A stretch of DNA of 59,698 bases, filler included, from Squatina squatina (lineage: Eukaryota), in assembly GCA_031763465.1 (NCBI GenBank). It is 3 parts of 3 records of this genome, joined end to end, with 100 filler letters (N's around TTAATTAATTAA, not from the genome) between each part and the next. Parts side by side here need not be neighbours in the genome. Positions count along the whole stretch, not along the records: positions 29,765 to 46,368 come from JARFOE010432758.1; positions 46,469 to 59,698 come from JARFOE010000176.1; 1 more part is not named here. One strand, 5' to 3'. The position numbers were made by a program, and so were the translations under genes. Every line of letters starts with the position of its first letter. Position 1 is the stretch's first letter. Shown here one piece after another: positions 37,621 through 50,075 of this stretch. The notes beneath the pieces are model-generated. The model worked only from the letters and a program-made list of their open reading frames with translations. It searched no databases and was not told the DNA's origin.

Positions 37621-38752
37621 ACCAGGTGTTTCTGAAGCTTGCCAGGGCTGAGAGGAAAAGAAGTTAGAGAAGGACAAGAACAGCAGGGCCATTGCTGACT
37701 GTAATTATCCAAAGATAGACTGGAGTTAGAGTGATACAAGTGGAAAAGAGGAGGGATTTCCACAGTGTTTTGGGGGATGTAAATTGGAATCCTGCAAAGT
37801 GTCAGATTCTGGGACAGCTTTCCCCAGTGTAGACTCAGAAGAAAACTAATGGCAGGAGATATCAACGGAGCAGCTGGCCTTATTCTCCAGGAAATCTTAC
37901 CATTTAATATGTACTTCGTTCCCTTATTCTACCTATCACAGTGCCCCAGTATTTACAGGACCCTGAGCTCCGGCCTGTGAATACTGGGGTAACATCCAGC
38001 GGCTTAATTGTGTGCGATGGGAGTGGAGTGCTCAACGCCCCCATCCCATCCAAATGGTCCACCTGGTACAGAGTTCTGAGTCAGGCTATCCGCCTGCTCC
38101 CTAATAAGAGACCTTGTTCCTGAAATAACCCAGAGAGCGACCTGTTGGATGTGAAGTGGTGGAAGGAACGGGAGATAAGTAGAACTTCCGCAATATATCA
38201 CTTGACATTTTCTCTGTTTAAGTGCACGAGCAACATATTGGCCCATCGGATGAGCTGATCTGTGTCCTCCTGCAGTCCACTGCCTTAGCCATCGGTAAAT
38301 GTCCATGTTGGTCATTCATTTCCCAGGTCCAGATAATCGGTGCCGCAAGTCTCTCTGGCCGGACCTCACGTCCCCCAGAGACTCTTGTGGGTTATCCCTC
38401 GCTCCAACTTTTCAGGCTGAGTAAAATGACTTTTCTCGCAACCTTTCATTTTCTATCCAGCGGCCATCTCCTTATCTGTACAACAACGTGCCATTAACTT
38501 ACTGAGCTATAAACGGTGCCAGGAGTCTCGTGTTGCACCTTACCAAATACTTTGGAGAAAATAGGATGACTGTTTTCACTTTTTAATCCTCTCTGCCGTT
38601 TCTTGAAATATTTCTGAGCACAGCCTGCTCTTGGTCAATCCGTGCTGACTGGCCCTGAATAATTCATGTTTCTCCAAGTGTTTCATATCAGGAGCCGGAA
38701 TTCCAGGCAGTAAGAACGGGGTTTCCCCCAAACCCTGCACCAACACGGCGAT

Positions 38753-38856
38753 CTTATCCAAAACTCACCAATTAGACCACCTTATCCAAAACTCCCCAAT
38801 TATACCATCTTATCCAAAACTCCCCAATTATACCATCTTATCCAAAACTCACCAAA
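38753..38856 (+). repeat. 28-bp tandem repeat, about 3.5 copies (CTTATCCAAAACTCCCCAATTATACCAT)
   Basis: Directly visible. Confidence 0.85.
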
Positions 38857-39009
38857 CTTATGTATATATAAGTTTGTTGCTTAAAACCACCTGGGCTTGA
38901 ATCATGCAGAAGTTACTATTGCAGGACATACAACCCTTTCTTGTGACTGTAGCCACGAGAAATGCGCTAACGGTGTCCATACACACAAATCACTGAATCC
39001 ACTGCACAG

Positions 39010-39645
39010 ATACAAAAAGTAATCACAAAGGCCAAGCAAATGTTAACCTTTATCTCAAGTGGTCTGAAATACAAAGGGGAGGAAATTATCCTTCAATTAC
39101 TCGGAGCCTTGGACAGACCCCACCTGTAGTACTGCATTCAGTTCTGGGCTCCGCACCTCAGGAATAATAAATTGGCCTTCGACGGCAGCACAGATTCATC
39201 AGAATGGCATCGGACTGATGGTGAAATGGTAAGGACAGGTTGCATGAACTTGGCTTGTGTTTCCTTGAGAATGGAGGATTGAGGGGTGATCTGATGGATG
39301 TGTTTAAAATGATAATACGATGTGATAGTGTAGATACAGTTATATTATTTTCTCTGGTGCAGGAATGCAGAAAAGGTTCTTGCAATTACAGCTAAGACAT
39401 TCAGAACTGAAATCAGGGAAACTCGCTCACGCAAAAGGTAGTGGAAATCTCTAAAACTCACCTCAGAATGTTGTGGATACTGGGGCCCAACTGAACTGTC
39501 CGGGGCTGATCTCGACAGATATTTGTTGGGGGAAGGTGATAAAGGGATAATGAACAATGGCAGGTAAATGGAGCAGAGGGACAGAACAGTCATGATCTAG
39601 TAACAGGATCGAGGGGTTGAATGGCCTCCCCTGTTCCTATGTCTG
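39010..39645 (+). mobile_element. CR1-type LINE 3' fragment, degenerate
   Basis: AGACCCCACCTGTAGTACTGCATTCAGTTCTGGGC (RPHL.YC.QFW), TTGAGGGGTGATCTGAT (LRGDL), and 3' UTR TGAATGGCCTCCCCTGTTCCTATG. Confidence 0.82.
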
Positions 39646-40212
39646 TATTCACTTCAATGGAGGGGAACCTGTAGGACTGACAGGTGTAGCGATAGAACTT
39701 CTATCCCTAATACCTGCAATCATAGAATCCTACAAAATTTAGTATCTCTGCCTCTCCCTCAGTCTCGTCTAACAAAGTCACCTCTTGCTTCCACTGTTAA
39801 CAGTTCTACTTCTACCTTGACTGAATATCAATCCACCTGTAAAAAATATGTTTATTTGTCATTTCTGGTTCATGATATTGCTCATTGTCTCTCATTCTCT
39901 CTCACAATGTCTGGTCTCCATTTTGAAGCTTTCCTATATCCATAGCATTGAGTTATTAAATAAAGTCTTTGTACCATAAAACAGTACAATTACACATTCA
40001 AATATATTCGGTAGCAGTGAGTAACCAGTAGAGGGATTCCGAATCACTTAAGGTGTTTGTTCAAGTAACTGTGACTAATATAACTGAAGGTGCGTCTAAT
40101 TGTCCCCCTGGAGATTTCCAGCAAGTATTAATAAGGGGCCGATTGAACGTTTTGTGGAGCACCTGCTGGTGCTGTTGACTGCAGGTCGAAAGGCCAGAGA
40201 TTCTACCAGAGA

Positions 40213-40282
40213 ATGTATGGGTCAGAATCTAGCCCATTATATGCCATTTACTATCCCATTTTCGCAGCTATTGGTATTCCGG
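40213..40282 (+). pseudogene. GPR139/GPR142-like class A GPCR, exon 1 (MYGSESSPLYAIYYPIFAAIGIP + G)
   Basis: ATG at 40213, phase-1 donor G|GTAAG. YYP..AAIG.P is the TM1 start of this family. Joins exon 2 in frame as ..GIP-A-NLMSIVIL. Confidence 0.8.
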
Positions 40283-40919
40283 GTAAGCTATTCCATCAGT
40301 TACTAATGTGCCAAACAAATGTGATATTACCTGGATTTTTCTCCTTATTTCCCGATCTGGGACGGGGATCGATTGATAAAACAGCTTTATACAGATCAGT
40401 TCATGGTTTGTATCAGAGCTCGGCAGCGAATGCTGGCCCAAGTTTCGGGAGAGACGGTCATGGTTTGTATTTATTATTCTGGTATCGGGGCCAGTGCTTG
40501 GCCGAGGTTATGGAGAGAGCTATAGAGGGTTTACCTATACAAGGTGAGTGAGATAATTGTTGCCCCCTTGTGGTGGCTGAAATTTTCCAAAGCCCAGCTC
40601 TTTATTGAACTGACCGAGGGTCTGCACTCGCAACGCTGTTTTTCTCTCCACATTGCCTCTCTGACATGCTGAGTGTTTGCTGCATTTTCTGCTATGACTT
40701 CAGATTTGCAGCATATGCAGTTTGGTTGCTTTCTGATTCCTTTGTCTTCATTCAATGTTGCTGGCGCCAGATTCAGTGTCTCTGTGAGGCGCCTTGGCTG
40801 GGTTTTCTACTCTGAACATGTTCTGTAAATATATTTTGCTCTTACTCTTGTGGTACCGGCTTCATGTCTTTTCCATTAAAAATTCTGGGATCATAATCCT
40901 AGCAGGATTATAGAGTCCT

Positions 40920-41190
40920 TGTCGTAGAGTCATTAAAGCATAGGAGGAGGCGATTGGAGTCTGTGCCGCCTCTCTGTAGAACAATTCAGTCAGTCCCATT
41001 CTCTCGTTCTATCCCGTGCAAGTTTATGGCCCTCAAGTTCCTATCCAATATCCTTTTAAAATCATTAATGTTCTCTGCTTCTACCTCCCTTGTTGCCAGT
41101 GAGTTCCAGGTCATTACAACTCGCTGTGTAGAAAATGTATTCCTCAAATCCCCTCTGAATCTCTTACCAAGTACTTTCAATTGTGACAAA
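40920..41190 (-). mobile_element. CR1 3' fragment inside the GPCR intron
   Basis: Encodes LKVLGKRFRGDLRNTFSTQRVVMTWNSL..REVEAE.INDFKR.LD. Confidence 0.82.
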
Positions 41191-41739
41191 TTACTTTAAG
41201 ATTATGTTCTGGTTTCCACCCTGCCTCGCTGAGTGGCTCAGAATGGGGCAACATCCCAAGAACGGCAACATCCGTGGTGTCTGACTCATTCTTTATATTA
41301 CATTTATTTATAATGTAAAAGAGACCACATCCTGGATAATCTCTATTGGAGAGTTAGTTTGCACCTGTTGGTGACATCCTGAGTGGGTCTAATGTTCATT
41401 CCAAAACCTCAGCCTCTGCTCCAATTATAACGGTATGTTAAAATCCCCTGGTATTATTTGAAAATCCCGAATTTTCCCAATTTGTTCGCCAACATCCCTG
41501 TTTTAACCAACGCAACGAGGAGCAGCCTGTCCGGTGAACCTCGGTATTGTTTGTGACCTATGTTCGGGGTTTATGACTCTAAGACTGGCCACGGTTTGGG
41601 TGCTGCGGCCGTTATCACCGCCATACCCCAGGAAGGAGGCCAAGGACAACCTCACGGTAGCACAGAAGGGACTGTCGAGTTTGTTACCCTGGAGAAGCAA
41701 CTTACCTCGAGGAAGTGTTCAGAGGACTTCGGCCTAATC

Positions 41740-41975
41740 TCACTAGAGCAGTGTTCACAATTTTGAAGGGTTTTCGTGAGATTCCAAGGTTCAGTGAGAA
41801 AAAGAGAAGGACATTCTTCCAGTGTGCGGGCCAACATTGCTCCCTCAACCCACACCACTGAAAACACTTTCACTGGTCACAGATCCCACTGCTATTTGTG
41901 GGATAGTGTTGCCATTCGGAAACTTCAAACTAGTTTCTGTCCTTTCTGATAAGGCGCGATATAAATACAAGTGCA
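41740..41975 (+). mobile_element. Deu-domain SINE fragment
   Basis: CCAACATT..TCCCTCAACC..CACCACT.AAAAC...CTGGTCA...TGCT.TTTGTGGGA, then tail AAGGCGC.ATATAAAT.CAAGT. Family assigned from memory. Confidence 0.55.
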
Positions 41976-42175
41976 GATCGAAATCCCTGGAAACTCAGGT
42001 CTCCTTTATAAAATTATTCTAGTTATTTTAAAAACTAAGTCTAGCTGTGATTGGGTAAATTGTGATATCTGTAATACTGTCGAAAGGTTCTCAGCAAGTA
42101 CTGACAATCTGAAGTCTTTATTCTGGGTCTAATCAGCCATTTCCTGCTGTTTTCTCCCTCTCTCTCTCTGAACAG

Positions 42176-43078
42176 CGAACCTAATGTCCATTGTGATCCT
42201 GCCCCGGGGGAAGTGCGGTCTCTCCAGGTGTATCTCTCGCTACCTGGTCTCCATGGCAGTCACTGATCTACTGGTGGTTGTCACCGCTCTGTTACTGAAT
42301 CCGATCAGCGGTGTTTACCTGCCGGTGAGTTTCCTGTCCACCACCCCAGCCTGTAGCATCAGCACTGTGCTCATCTATTCATCCAGAGACTGTTCCGTCT
42401 GGTTAACCGTCGCTTTCACCTTCGATCGCTTCGTGGCCATTTGTTGCCAGAATCTGAAAACAAAATATTGCACCGGGCAGACGGCGCGTGTGGTCATTTG
42501 TTGCGTGTGCGCGCTGGGCTGTTTGAAAAACATCCCCTGGTATTTTGTATATGAACCTGTCTATGTGATTGACAACGTGCCCTGGCTTTGTACAATTAAA
42601 TTAGCCTTTTATGCTTCATTTGCATGGACGGGGTTCGACTGGTTCGACCGTGTTTTAACCCCTTGTATCCCGTTCCTCCTGATTTTGCTCCTCAATGCTC
42701 TGACCGTCAGACACATTCGAGGCCAGCAGAGCCCGCAGGAGACTCCGGGCCCAGAGCAATGGAGAGGGTCAGAGCGACCCAGAGATGGAGAGCCGGAGAA
42801 AGTCCGTCCTTTTACTCTTCATTATATCGGGCAATTTCATCCTGTTATGGACAACCTATGTTATGAATGTTGTATATGTGCGGATCACAGACGGCTCTTA
42901 TTTCACTGGTTTTAACTTCAATGACCCCAAGTTTATTCTGGAAGAAAGTGGAAACATGCGGCTGCTGAGCTGCTGCATCAACACCTGCACTTATGCAATG
43001 ACCCAGAGTAAGTTCAGAGAGGAGTTAAAGGGTGCTCTGAAATACCCACTGACTCTCCTTGTTAAATTATTCAATTAA
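42176..43078 (+). pseudogene. GPR139/GPR142-like class A GPCR, exon 2 (TM1 end to C-terminus), frameshifted at ~42721
   Basis: Acceptor CTCTCTGAACAG. Encodes RGKCGLS.CI.RYLV.MA..DLLV, DCSVWLTVAFTFDRFVAICCQ, LTPCIPF.LILLLNALTVRHI. After the frameshift it reads ASRARRRLRAQSNGEGQSDPEMESRRKS...LLSCCINTCTYAMTQSKFREEL, with TAA at 43076-43078. Confidence 0.88.
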
Positions 43079-44929
43079 TGTAAAGGTGTAATCATTTCCA
43101 GCTGATTTTCTGCTCCATATTCTACCTGGTACCGTTTCCCTTTGCCCCCAAACGCTGCATCTAACTCTCAGATCCACCGCCCCCCCCCCCATATACACAC
43201 AACTTGAAGCTCAGAATATATGGTGGATTTACCCGCTTACAATGAGGGGACAACTTTTCATTTGTCTGGTAGAACTTCCCACATTTCCTGAAGGAGTTAA
43301 TTCAGATTTGATGCAGTTCCCCAGAAGCAGCAAATTATAAATGTGAGAATCGTCGCCAGTGTTCTTAGTCAATGGCCTGAATTTTGCATAGATAATAACG
43401 GTGAGGTTAACAGTGCTCAAGTTTATAATAGAGTAAATCAGACAGCAATCTCCGGCGTTTGCACAAGCGAAGTGACGGTGGAAATCTGGACGTTGCTGTC
43501 TGAGATACCCAGCTCCTCCGCATGGTCTGGTACATCAGTCCTCTCCGATAGACTCGGCACTGAAATCAGTACAAGGGCCTGAAGTTGAGGTCCTTGCCCA
43601 ATAGTTCCCCTCTAAATCCGCCAGAAAAAGTTGGGGTTGGTGCATGTAAGTGAATATGTAACGGAGTGATAAGTGATAATTACTGCCAAACAATCTCTCT
43701 GGCCATGAAAATTTAATTTTACAATGTTGAGTTTCATTCCTTCAGAAGTTAATTCGCATCGGGGATTAAAATCATTTCTATTACTTTTCCGCCTCTCTCT
43801 TTTATCTTTCAAAACCACATCCGTCTTTCCCAATCTTTGTTTCCATTTCTGTAGATGATGTAAATCGAATTTAGCCTTCCTGTCTTATAGTTGCTAGTTT
43901 AGATTCTGCACATCTCAGTGAAGATTTTTCAATCTGATTGGTTGAAGAGCCTCGGTGTTAATTTCCCTGCTCACAGTCCCCTTCAGATGCTTGGTAGATG
44001 GCGCCGTGCTGGACCAGGTGCTGCATTTGAACAAGTTCTTGTGAAACCTCGTGGACAGCTGTAAGAGTAGTGAACTATGAAGGCCTTTCCGTCGCCAGTG
44101 ACGGTAAAATCCGGACCATTGTGTTTGGTCAGGTCTTGATATCTTTACACGAAGGCAAATAATTTGATGTAACGTCTCTGGGTGATTGGGCTGGATCGGG
44201 TATTGCTCCTTTTGGGAACACACTCTCTGCTCCGGCCTCTGTTTCTCCTGAACGCTGACCACCATCGCCATGTTCCCATGCGTTTGGTGTCTGCTGCCCA
44301 TCACCTGGATTATTGCTCATCGCTATTTGGCAGGAGAGGGCTGCATGCACGAGGTGGAGCCGTCAGTCGATGTCCAGGGATAGCGGCAGGTCACTGGGAG
44401 AAAAGCTGGTTATTGGCTGCAGTTCTGATAGTTCACCCGCCATGTATTCTAATGAGCGCAGAGTAGAGGCACTGCTCGCATCACTACAATAAGATGCACA
44501 GAACTGAACCAAATATTCCAGCTGAGGGTTCAGCCATGTTTTTCTATCTATTCAACATCGCCGCAGATACCCTTTGCATCCGCTGCTCCTCTATTAACCA
44601 CAGCGACCAACGGACCCATTTAATAGCCTTCTCCCTCTCTAAACCCACCCTTCAAAACCTGCACATATGCATCCCTCATCTTTCTCCACTCTGTTGAGGA
44701 AGTTACTGTTCAGCGTTCATTTTATTCGTAGACATTTCTCCCAATTTTTCTTGTAATCTTTGTTTCTTCCTCACAGTTTGAAATACACCCACATTTGGTA
44801 TCATCAAAAAACGCAATATTATTGCTTTAGCTCTTCTGTAAGAAATCATTAGTACGGAAAAAAATTAAACAGCAGCACAGATCCGACTGGCACACCACGA
44901 GCCACTTTCTTCCAATCTGAAATGGCCCA

Positions 44930-46000
44930 TGAGTTTGGGGATAACATTTTAGCACAGATAGAGGATTCGTTAAAGTACAAAAAACAGAGAGTAGGAATAA
45001 TTTTCAGGTTAGCAGCCTGTAACTAGTGGGGTGCTGCAAGGATCAATGCTTGGGCCTCAGTTATTTACAATCTGTATCACGACTTAGAAGAAGGGACCGG
45101 GTGTAATGTATCCAGGTTTGCTGACAAGCCAAAGTTCGGTGGGAAAGTCAGCTCTGATGAGAACTCAGAGAGTCTGCAAAGGGATATCGACAGGATAAGT
45201 CAGTGGGCAAAAAGGTGACAGATGGCATAAAATGTGAGGACATCTGAGGTTATTCAATTTGGCAGGAAGAATAGAAAAGCAGAATATGGTTCAATTATTG
45301 TGTTCAGAGGGAATTAGGTGTCCTTGGACACGAAGCACAGAATGTTTACATGCAGGAACAACACGTTATCAGGAAGGCAAATGGCATGTTGCCCTTTATT
45401 GCTGGAGGGTTGGAGTGCAAGATAAGGAAGCCTTGCTACAATTGTACAGGGATTTGCTGAGACTACACCTGGAGTACTGTGCACAGTTTTGTTCTGAGTA
45501 CCGAAGGGAGAATATTTTTGCATTGAAGGCAATGCAACAAAGATTCGCAAGGTTCATTCCTGGGAAAAAAGGGTTGTCCTATAAGGAGAGATCGAGTAGA
45601 ATAGGTTTATAGTATCTGGAGTTTTGAGTAATGAGAGGTGGTCTCATTCAGATATAAAAGGTTCTGACAGGGCTTAATATTGCAGATGCTAAGAGGCTGT
45701 TTCCACTGGATGGAGAGTCTCGAACAGGGACCACAGTCCCAGAATAAGGGGTTGGCCACTTAGAGCAGTGATGAGGAGTAATTCCTTCATTCAGAGGGTG
45801 GTGAATCCGAGAAGTTCTCTTCCTCAGAGGACTTTTGAATGCTGAGATTCTGATTATATTCAAGGCTGAGATAGATAGATTCTTTGACACCAGGGGGATC
45901 AGAAGATATGGGGAAAGTGGAGTTGTGAACAATGATCAGCCATGGTCTTATTGAAGGGCGGAGAAGGTTCAGGGGCCGTACGGCCTACTCCTGCTCTGAA
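44930..46000 (+). mobile_element. CR1-type LINE RT 3' half, degenerate
   Basis: Contains SGV.QGS.LGP and FAD-like motifs, LLQLYRDLLRLHLEYCAQF, and 3' UTR GGGCCG.A.GGCCTACTCCTGCT. Confidence 0.88.
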
Positions 46001-46009
46001 TGGTCTTCG

Positions 46010-46368
46010 CTCCACTTACCCCGCTCTCTCTAACCTCCTTTATCCCGCTCTCTCTAATCTGTCCATTCCATTCCATTTATCACACACAATTTACCCCTGA
46101 CTCTCCAATCTACCCCTTCCATAGACCCATTCTCTAACCTGTCCCTTCCATTTACCCCGCTCTCTCCAACCTGCCCCTTCCATTTACCCCGCTGTCTCCA
46201 ACCTGCCCTTTCCATTAACCCCACTCTCTCCAACCTGCCCCTTCAATTTACCCCGCTGTCGCCAACGTGCCCCTTCCATTAACCCCGCTCTCTCCAACCT
46301 GCCTCTTCCATTTACCCCGCTATCTCCAACCTGCCCTTCCATTGACCCCGCTCTCTCAAACCCGCCCC
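46010..46368 (+). repeat. ~32-bp C-rich minisatellite (CCCCTTCCATTTACCCCGCTCTCTCCAACCTG), about 11 copies, running into the scaffold end
   Basis: Periodicity is directly visible. Confidence 0.9.
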
Positions 46369-46468
46369 NNNNNNNNNNNNNNNNNNNNNNNNNNNNNNNN
46401 NNNNNNNNNNNNTTAATTAATTAANNNNNNNNNNNNNNNNNNNNNNNNNNNNNNNNNNNNNNNNNNNN
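46369..46468. other. artificial scaffold-joining linker (N44 + TTAATTAATTAA + N44)
   Basis: 12-mer at 46413-46424, same design as the first linker. Confidence 0.95.
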
Positions 46469-47104
46469 CAGGAAGTGCAGTGGTTGGAGTGGATACAGCA
46501 GAGACAGAAAAACTGGGAGCAGGTGTTGGTATCTTCACAGGAAGCAGAGTAGGAAGGAATACTCAAAGCCACACTACACACTGAGCTACCTGCAACCCTT
46601 TATCATTTTCATTCTTTAGATCAATGGGTATTTTGAGATAGCATTCAATACACAGACTAAGTTGGATTTCACAGAGTATATTAACATATTTAGCTGAAGA
46701 TGGTGAATTGATACATTTGCAGTAGATGTTGAAGGTTGTCACAGAGATATTAGTGGGGAAACTTGAGAAAGGAGAGGTAGCTTACAAATCCATCACAGAG
46801 GCAGTCATTGCATCTTTGAGGTGGATAAAAGGCAGATAGTACTTGCCTACTGATGTACAAGAGACAGGGGCCAGGGAAGTGCAAATAAAAAAGCAGTGGC
46901 TGAAGGATATGCATGATGGGTTCCTGATTAATCACCACAGTGACAACCTCATTCTCTGAATGGCCTCACCTCAGGCAGGTAGCAAATATTCTCAAAGACT
47001 GAATNNNNNNNNNNNNNNNNNNNNNNNNNNNNNNNNNNNNNNNNNNNNNNNNNNNNNNNNNNNNNNNNNNNNNNNNNNNNNNNNNNNNNNNNNNNNNNNN
47101 NNNN

Positions 47105-47575
47105 CTGCGATAGAACACTGATATTGCTACACCTGGATGTGCAGGATTTTGCGGAGGCAACGTTGGTGATAATTCTCCAGTGTTTTGAGGTGTCCACTGT
47201 ACATTGTCTATTTCTCCGGGTGGGTATCACTGCTATCCTGCCGGGTTTGAGGTCGTGGTCTTCAAACACTCTTTTCCTCAGGAGGCCGAAGGCTGTACTG
47301 GCACACTAGAGGAGGTGGTGGATTTCATCATTTAGGTCTGCCCTCGCTGAGAGGAGGCTCCCAAGGTATGGAAAGTGGTCCACGTTGTCCAAGGTTTTGC
47401 CATGGACCTTGATAGTCGGGGGGCAGTGTTGTGCAGCAGGAGCAGGCTGGTAAAGAACCTTTGTCTTTCGGATGTTTAGTGTAAGGCCCGTTCTCTCGTA
47501 TGCCTCAGTGAATGAATCGACGATGATTTGAAGCTCGGCCTCTAAGTGTGCACACATACAAGCATCGTCTGCATT
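47105..47575 (-). mobile_element. RTE-clade LINE reverse transcriptase fragment
   Basis: ADDA followed by CAH.EAELQ.IVD.F..AYER.GL.LNI.KTKV.YQP.P...PP.IK.HG..L.NVDHFPYLGS.LS....DEI, then VFEDHDLKPG. Confidence 0.88.
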
Positions 47576-47618
47576 TAATGTCCCGAGTTACTTACCCACT
47601 GAAAAGCTGCCTGAATCT

Positions 47619-48094
47619 GATTTTAACAGATGCTTCTGGACAGGCGGTTAAGTCGCCCACCCAAAGGCAGGGTGTCCGAATTCACATATGCTGATGACGT
47701 CATTTGGCCCCGAATGTGATTTTAACCTTGACCTGAGCAAAGAGGTTGCTGCGGCTTTCCTGCCTGCTGAAGGTCAGCAAGAGGCCCTCCAGATAGGTAT
47801 TTTAATTTCCTTTGGGCTTCTCCAGGCCCCACAAGGAAATTATAGGCTGCCCTTGCCCCAGATTTCTGACTCACCTCCCCCGGTACCTCATTCCCCACAC
47901 TTAGCCGAAGCTAGCGGATGGCCAGGCACCACTTGATTTTCCGAAGGCCATCAGCCACTTCCCGCCCACTACCAGCGGCATGTTAGCGAGGCCCGAACAT
48001 TAAAATGACCATTCTCTCAGACTGCCATGGGTGGGCAGGTAGGCAACTAACTCAAATCAGCCAGAAACCATCTGTCAGTTAAAATCCACCCCCC
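47619..48094. mobile_element. non-autonomous DNA transposon (MITE) with terminal inverted repeats
   Basis: Left GATTTTAACAGATGCTTCTGG; reverse complement of right end is GATTTTAACTGACAGATGGTTTCTGG. The right end terminates AAAATCCACCCC. Confidence 0.6.
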
Positions 48095-49889
48095 ATATTA
48101 TTTAATGAAAGGTTATAGGATGTGTTAAGGTTGATGGTGAGCCTGCCAATTCAGTTATATTAATAGGTTTACAGCGTGAATGTACATGTCTACAATTCAC
48201 TGCCCAAACTCAAATCGCACTTGTGGCTGTTTTTCTGCTGTTTAGTGTAAAGCAAGTCTCAGGGTACTTAGTATGTGGGAGACTCCCAATTCCTGCATTA
48301 ACCACATCAAAGACTAAAGAGATACTGCAGTGTTGTTTGTAGAAAGTGAAGCATGCAGAGGGGCCGTCAGCTAGCTGTTGCAAGATCTTCTTTTAAGATG
48401 GATTGCTTAGTTGTGTNNNNNNNNNNNNNNNNNNNNNNNNNNNNNNNNNNNNNNNNNNNNNNNNNNNNNNNNNNNNNNNNNNNNNNNNNNNNNNNNNNNN
48501 NNNNNNNNNNNNNNNNAGTGCTTATTCTGTTTGACAGCTGAGCCCAGCACTGTCCTCACCCAACGTCCCTGCGCAAGCACTTTCCGACAGCATTTGTGGG
48601 CTCGCGATCAGTAGCAGGAATCCGTCCCTAACCCGGGGCACTATCACCACTTGTACTTCCTCTATTGGGACCTTGGTTAAGATCAGCCAGCACTGTAGAT
48701 TCAACGTGGGAACTTCTGATCTGCATTTATCACTAAACCATCATGACAGTTCATTTCTACCTTCTTGGTTGAACCGTTCAACAATCTTTTGGATTAATGC
48801 CCAGTGTCGCTTTTTAAGTCTAGATTGGACCATTGATTTGAAATGTTTACAGTGAAAACATCCCTGTGTTTCCAATTAACCACAGTAATGAGGTTTGAGC
48901 CAGTCATTTGCTAATATGTAACAGTGCCTGCCAGATTTGTTTCTCTTTTGTCCGGTTTTGTTCATACCAGCCGAATGGTTTTAACTCTTAGACTGATGAC
49001 AAATTTCAGGAAACTCCCAAATCTTGGGCCAAGCGATTTTGTTTGTTTTCAGTTCATGCTGAAAACAACATGAGTGATAAAGCTACTCCAGCATCAGGAA
49101 TAAGTTTGATGCTGTAATATCCCTGAACTACTAAAACAAATACTAAAAGCATGACTAGTTACATAAACATTTTTAAAAGTAAAATCTTTGTTGTGTTGAT
49201 TCTGTGACAGCCAGCACGACACAGTGCATATTGCAGCCTGGCGCTGTTGTCTCTGGATGGTTTGTGTTACTTCAGTTACNNNNNNNNNNNNNNNNNNNNN
49301 NNNNNNNNNNNNNNNNNNNNNNNNNNNNNNNNNNNNNNNNNNNNNNNNNNNNNNNNNNNNNNNNNNNNNNNNNNNNNNNGCGAGCCGCGGTCCAATTCTG
49401 GACGTGGCTCGCCGGCTACGCAGTAGGGAGTTACAGGCCGGCGTCGTGGGGTTGGCGCACGACTTGATGATATCGCGCGCCTTACCCCGCCACCAGTGGC
49501 ATCCCCGGTGAAGAGGCTTTTGCGCCACTGGGTCGCCATGCCCAATTGCGTAAACAGCAAAAATTTTGCTGATCGCTGCTTTAGCTCCCGGGTAGTGTAA
49601 CTGTTCGGCACAACCATGTATCTAAAGCAGACCGATTAGGCCCCCTCCATCTCCTCCAAACCCTCGGCCAGTGGAGGTTTTCAGCTGTGTATAAATCACT
49701 TGCCCACAGTGCATAAGTGACCCTCATACCCTCATGGGCAAGTGATCCGACATCATTTAATGCCTCCCTGTCTGTCCCTTCTTAAAGATGGGCATTCATC
49801 CTATGGGGAATTCTGCGGGTTGAGCTTTGTCCCAGGCAACAGCACCGCATGTTGACCTGTATATGATTTTTTAAATAACAGAATCGAGA

Positions 49890-50075
49890 CACACAGACCA
49901 GCAAGGTCCCCGGTTGATCCGTAGTCTATGCTGAGTTAACTGCGAGAGGAGCAGTAAAGATGGCATAGTTGGTCTCAGTGCCCATGTAGGAATACAAAAA
50001 CAAATCAGCTGAGGTTGTTGCCACTGATCGCTGTCCAGTGACCCCAGCAGGAAAGTTGGCATGTGCATATGTTGT
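49890..50075 (+). mobile_element. dispersed SINE-like repeat (family unnamed here)
   Basis: Shares CAGACCAG..., T.GTCTCAG..CC, AAATCAGCT..GGTT..TGC..CT.AT.G...TCCAGTGACCCC.GC.GGAAAG with 58020-58215. Further related copies at ~25005-25125 (+), ~48575-48725 (-) and ~59575-59698 (-). Confidence 0.6.

Noticed and set aside
42722-42915. C-terminus of the 243-aa ORF (GQQSPQETPG...) as a novel receptor tail
   Set aside because: Out-of-frame product of the frameshift; TM6-TM7 continue in another frame to 43078.
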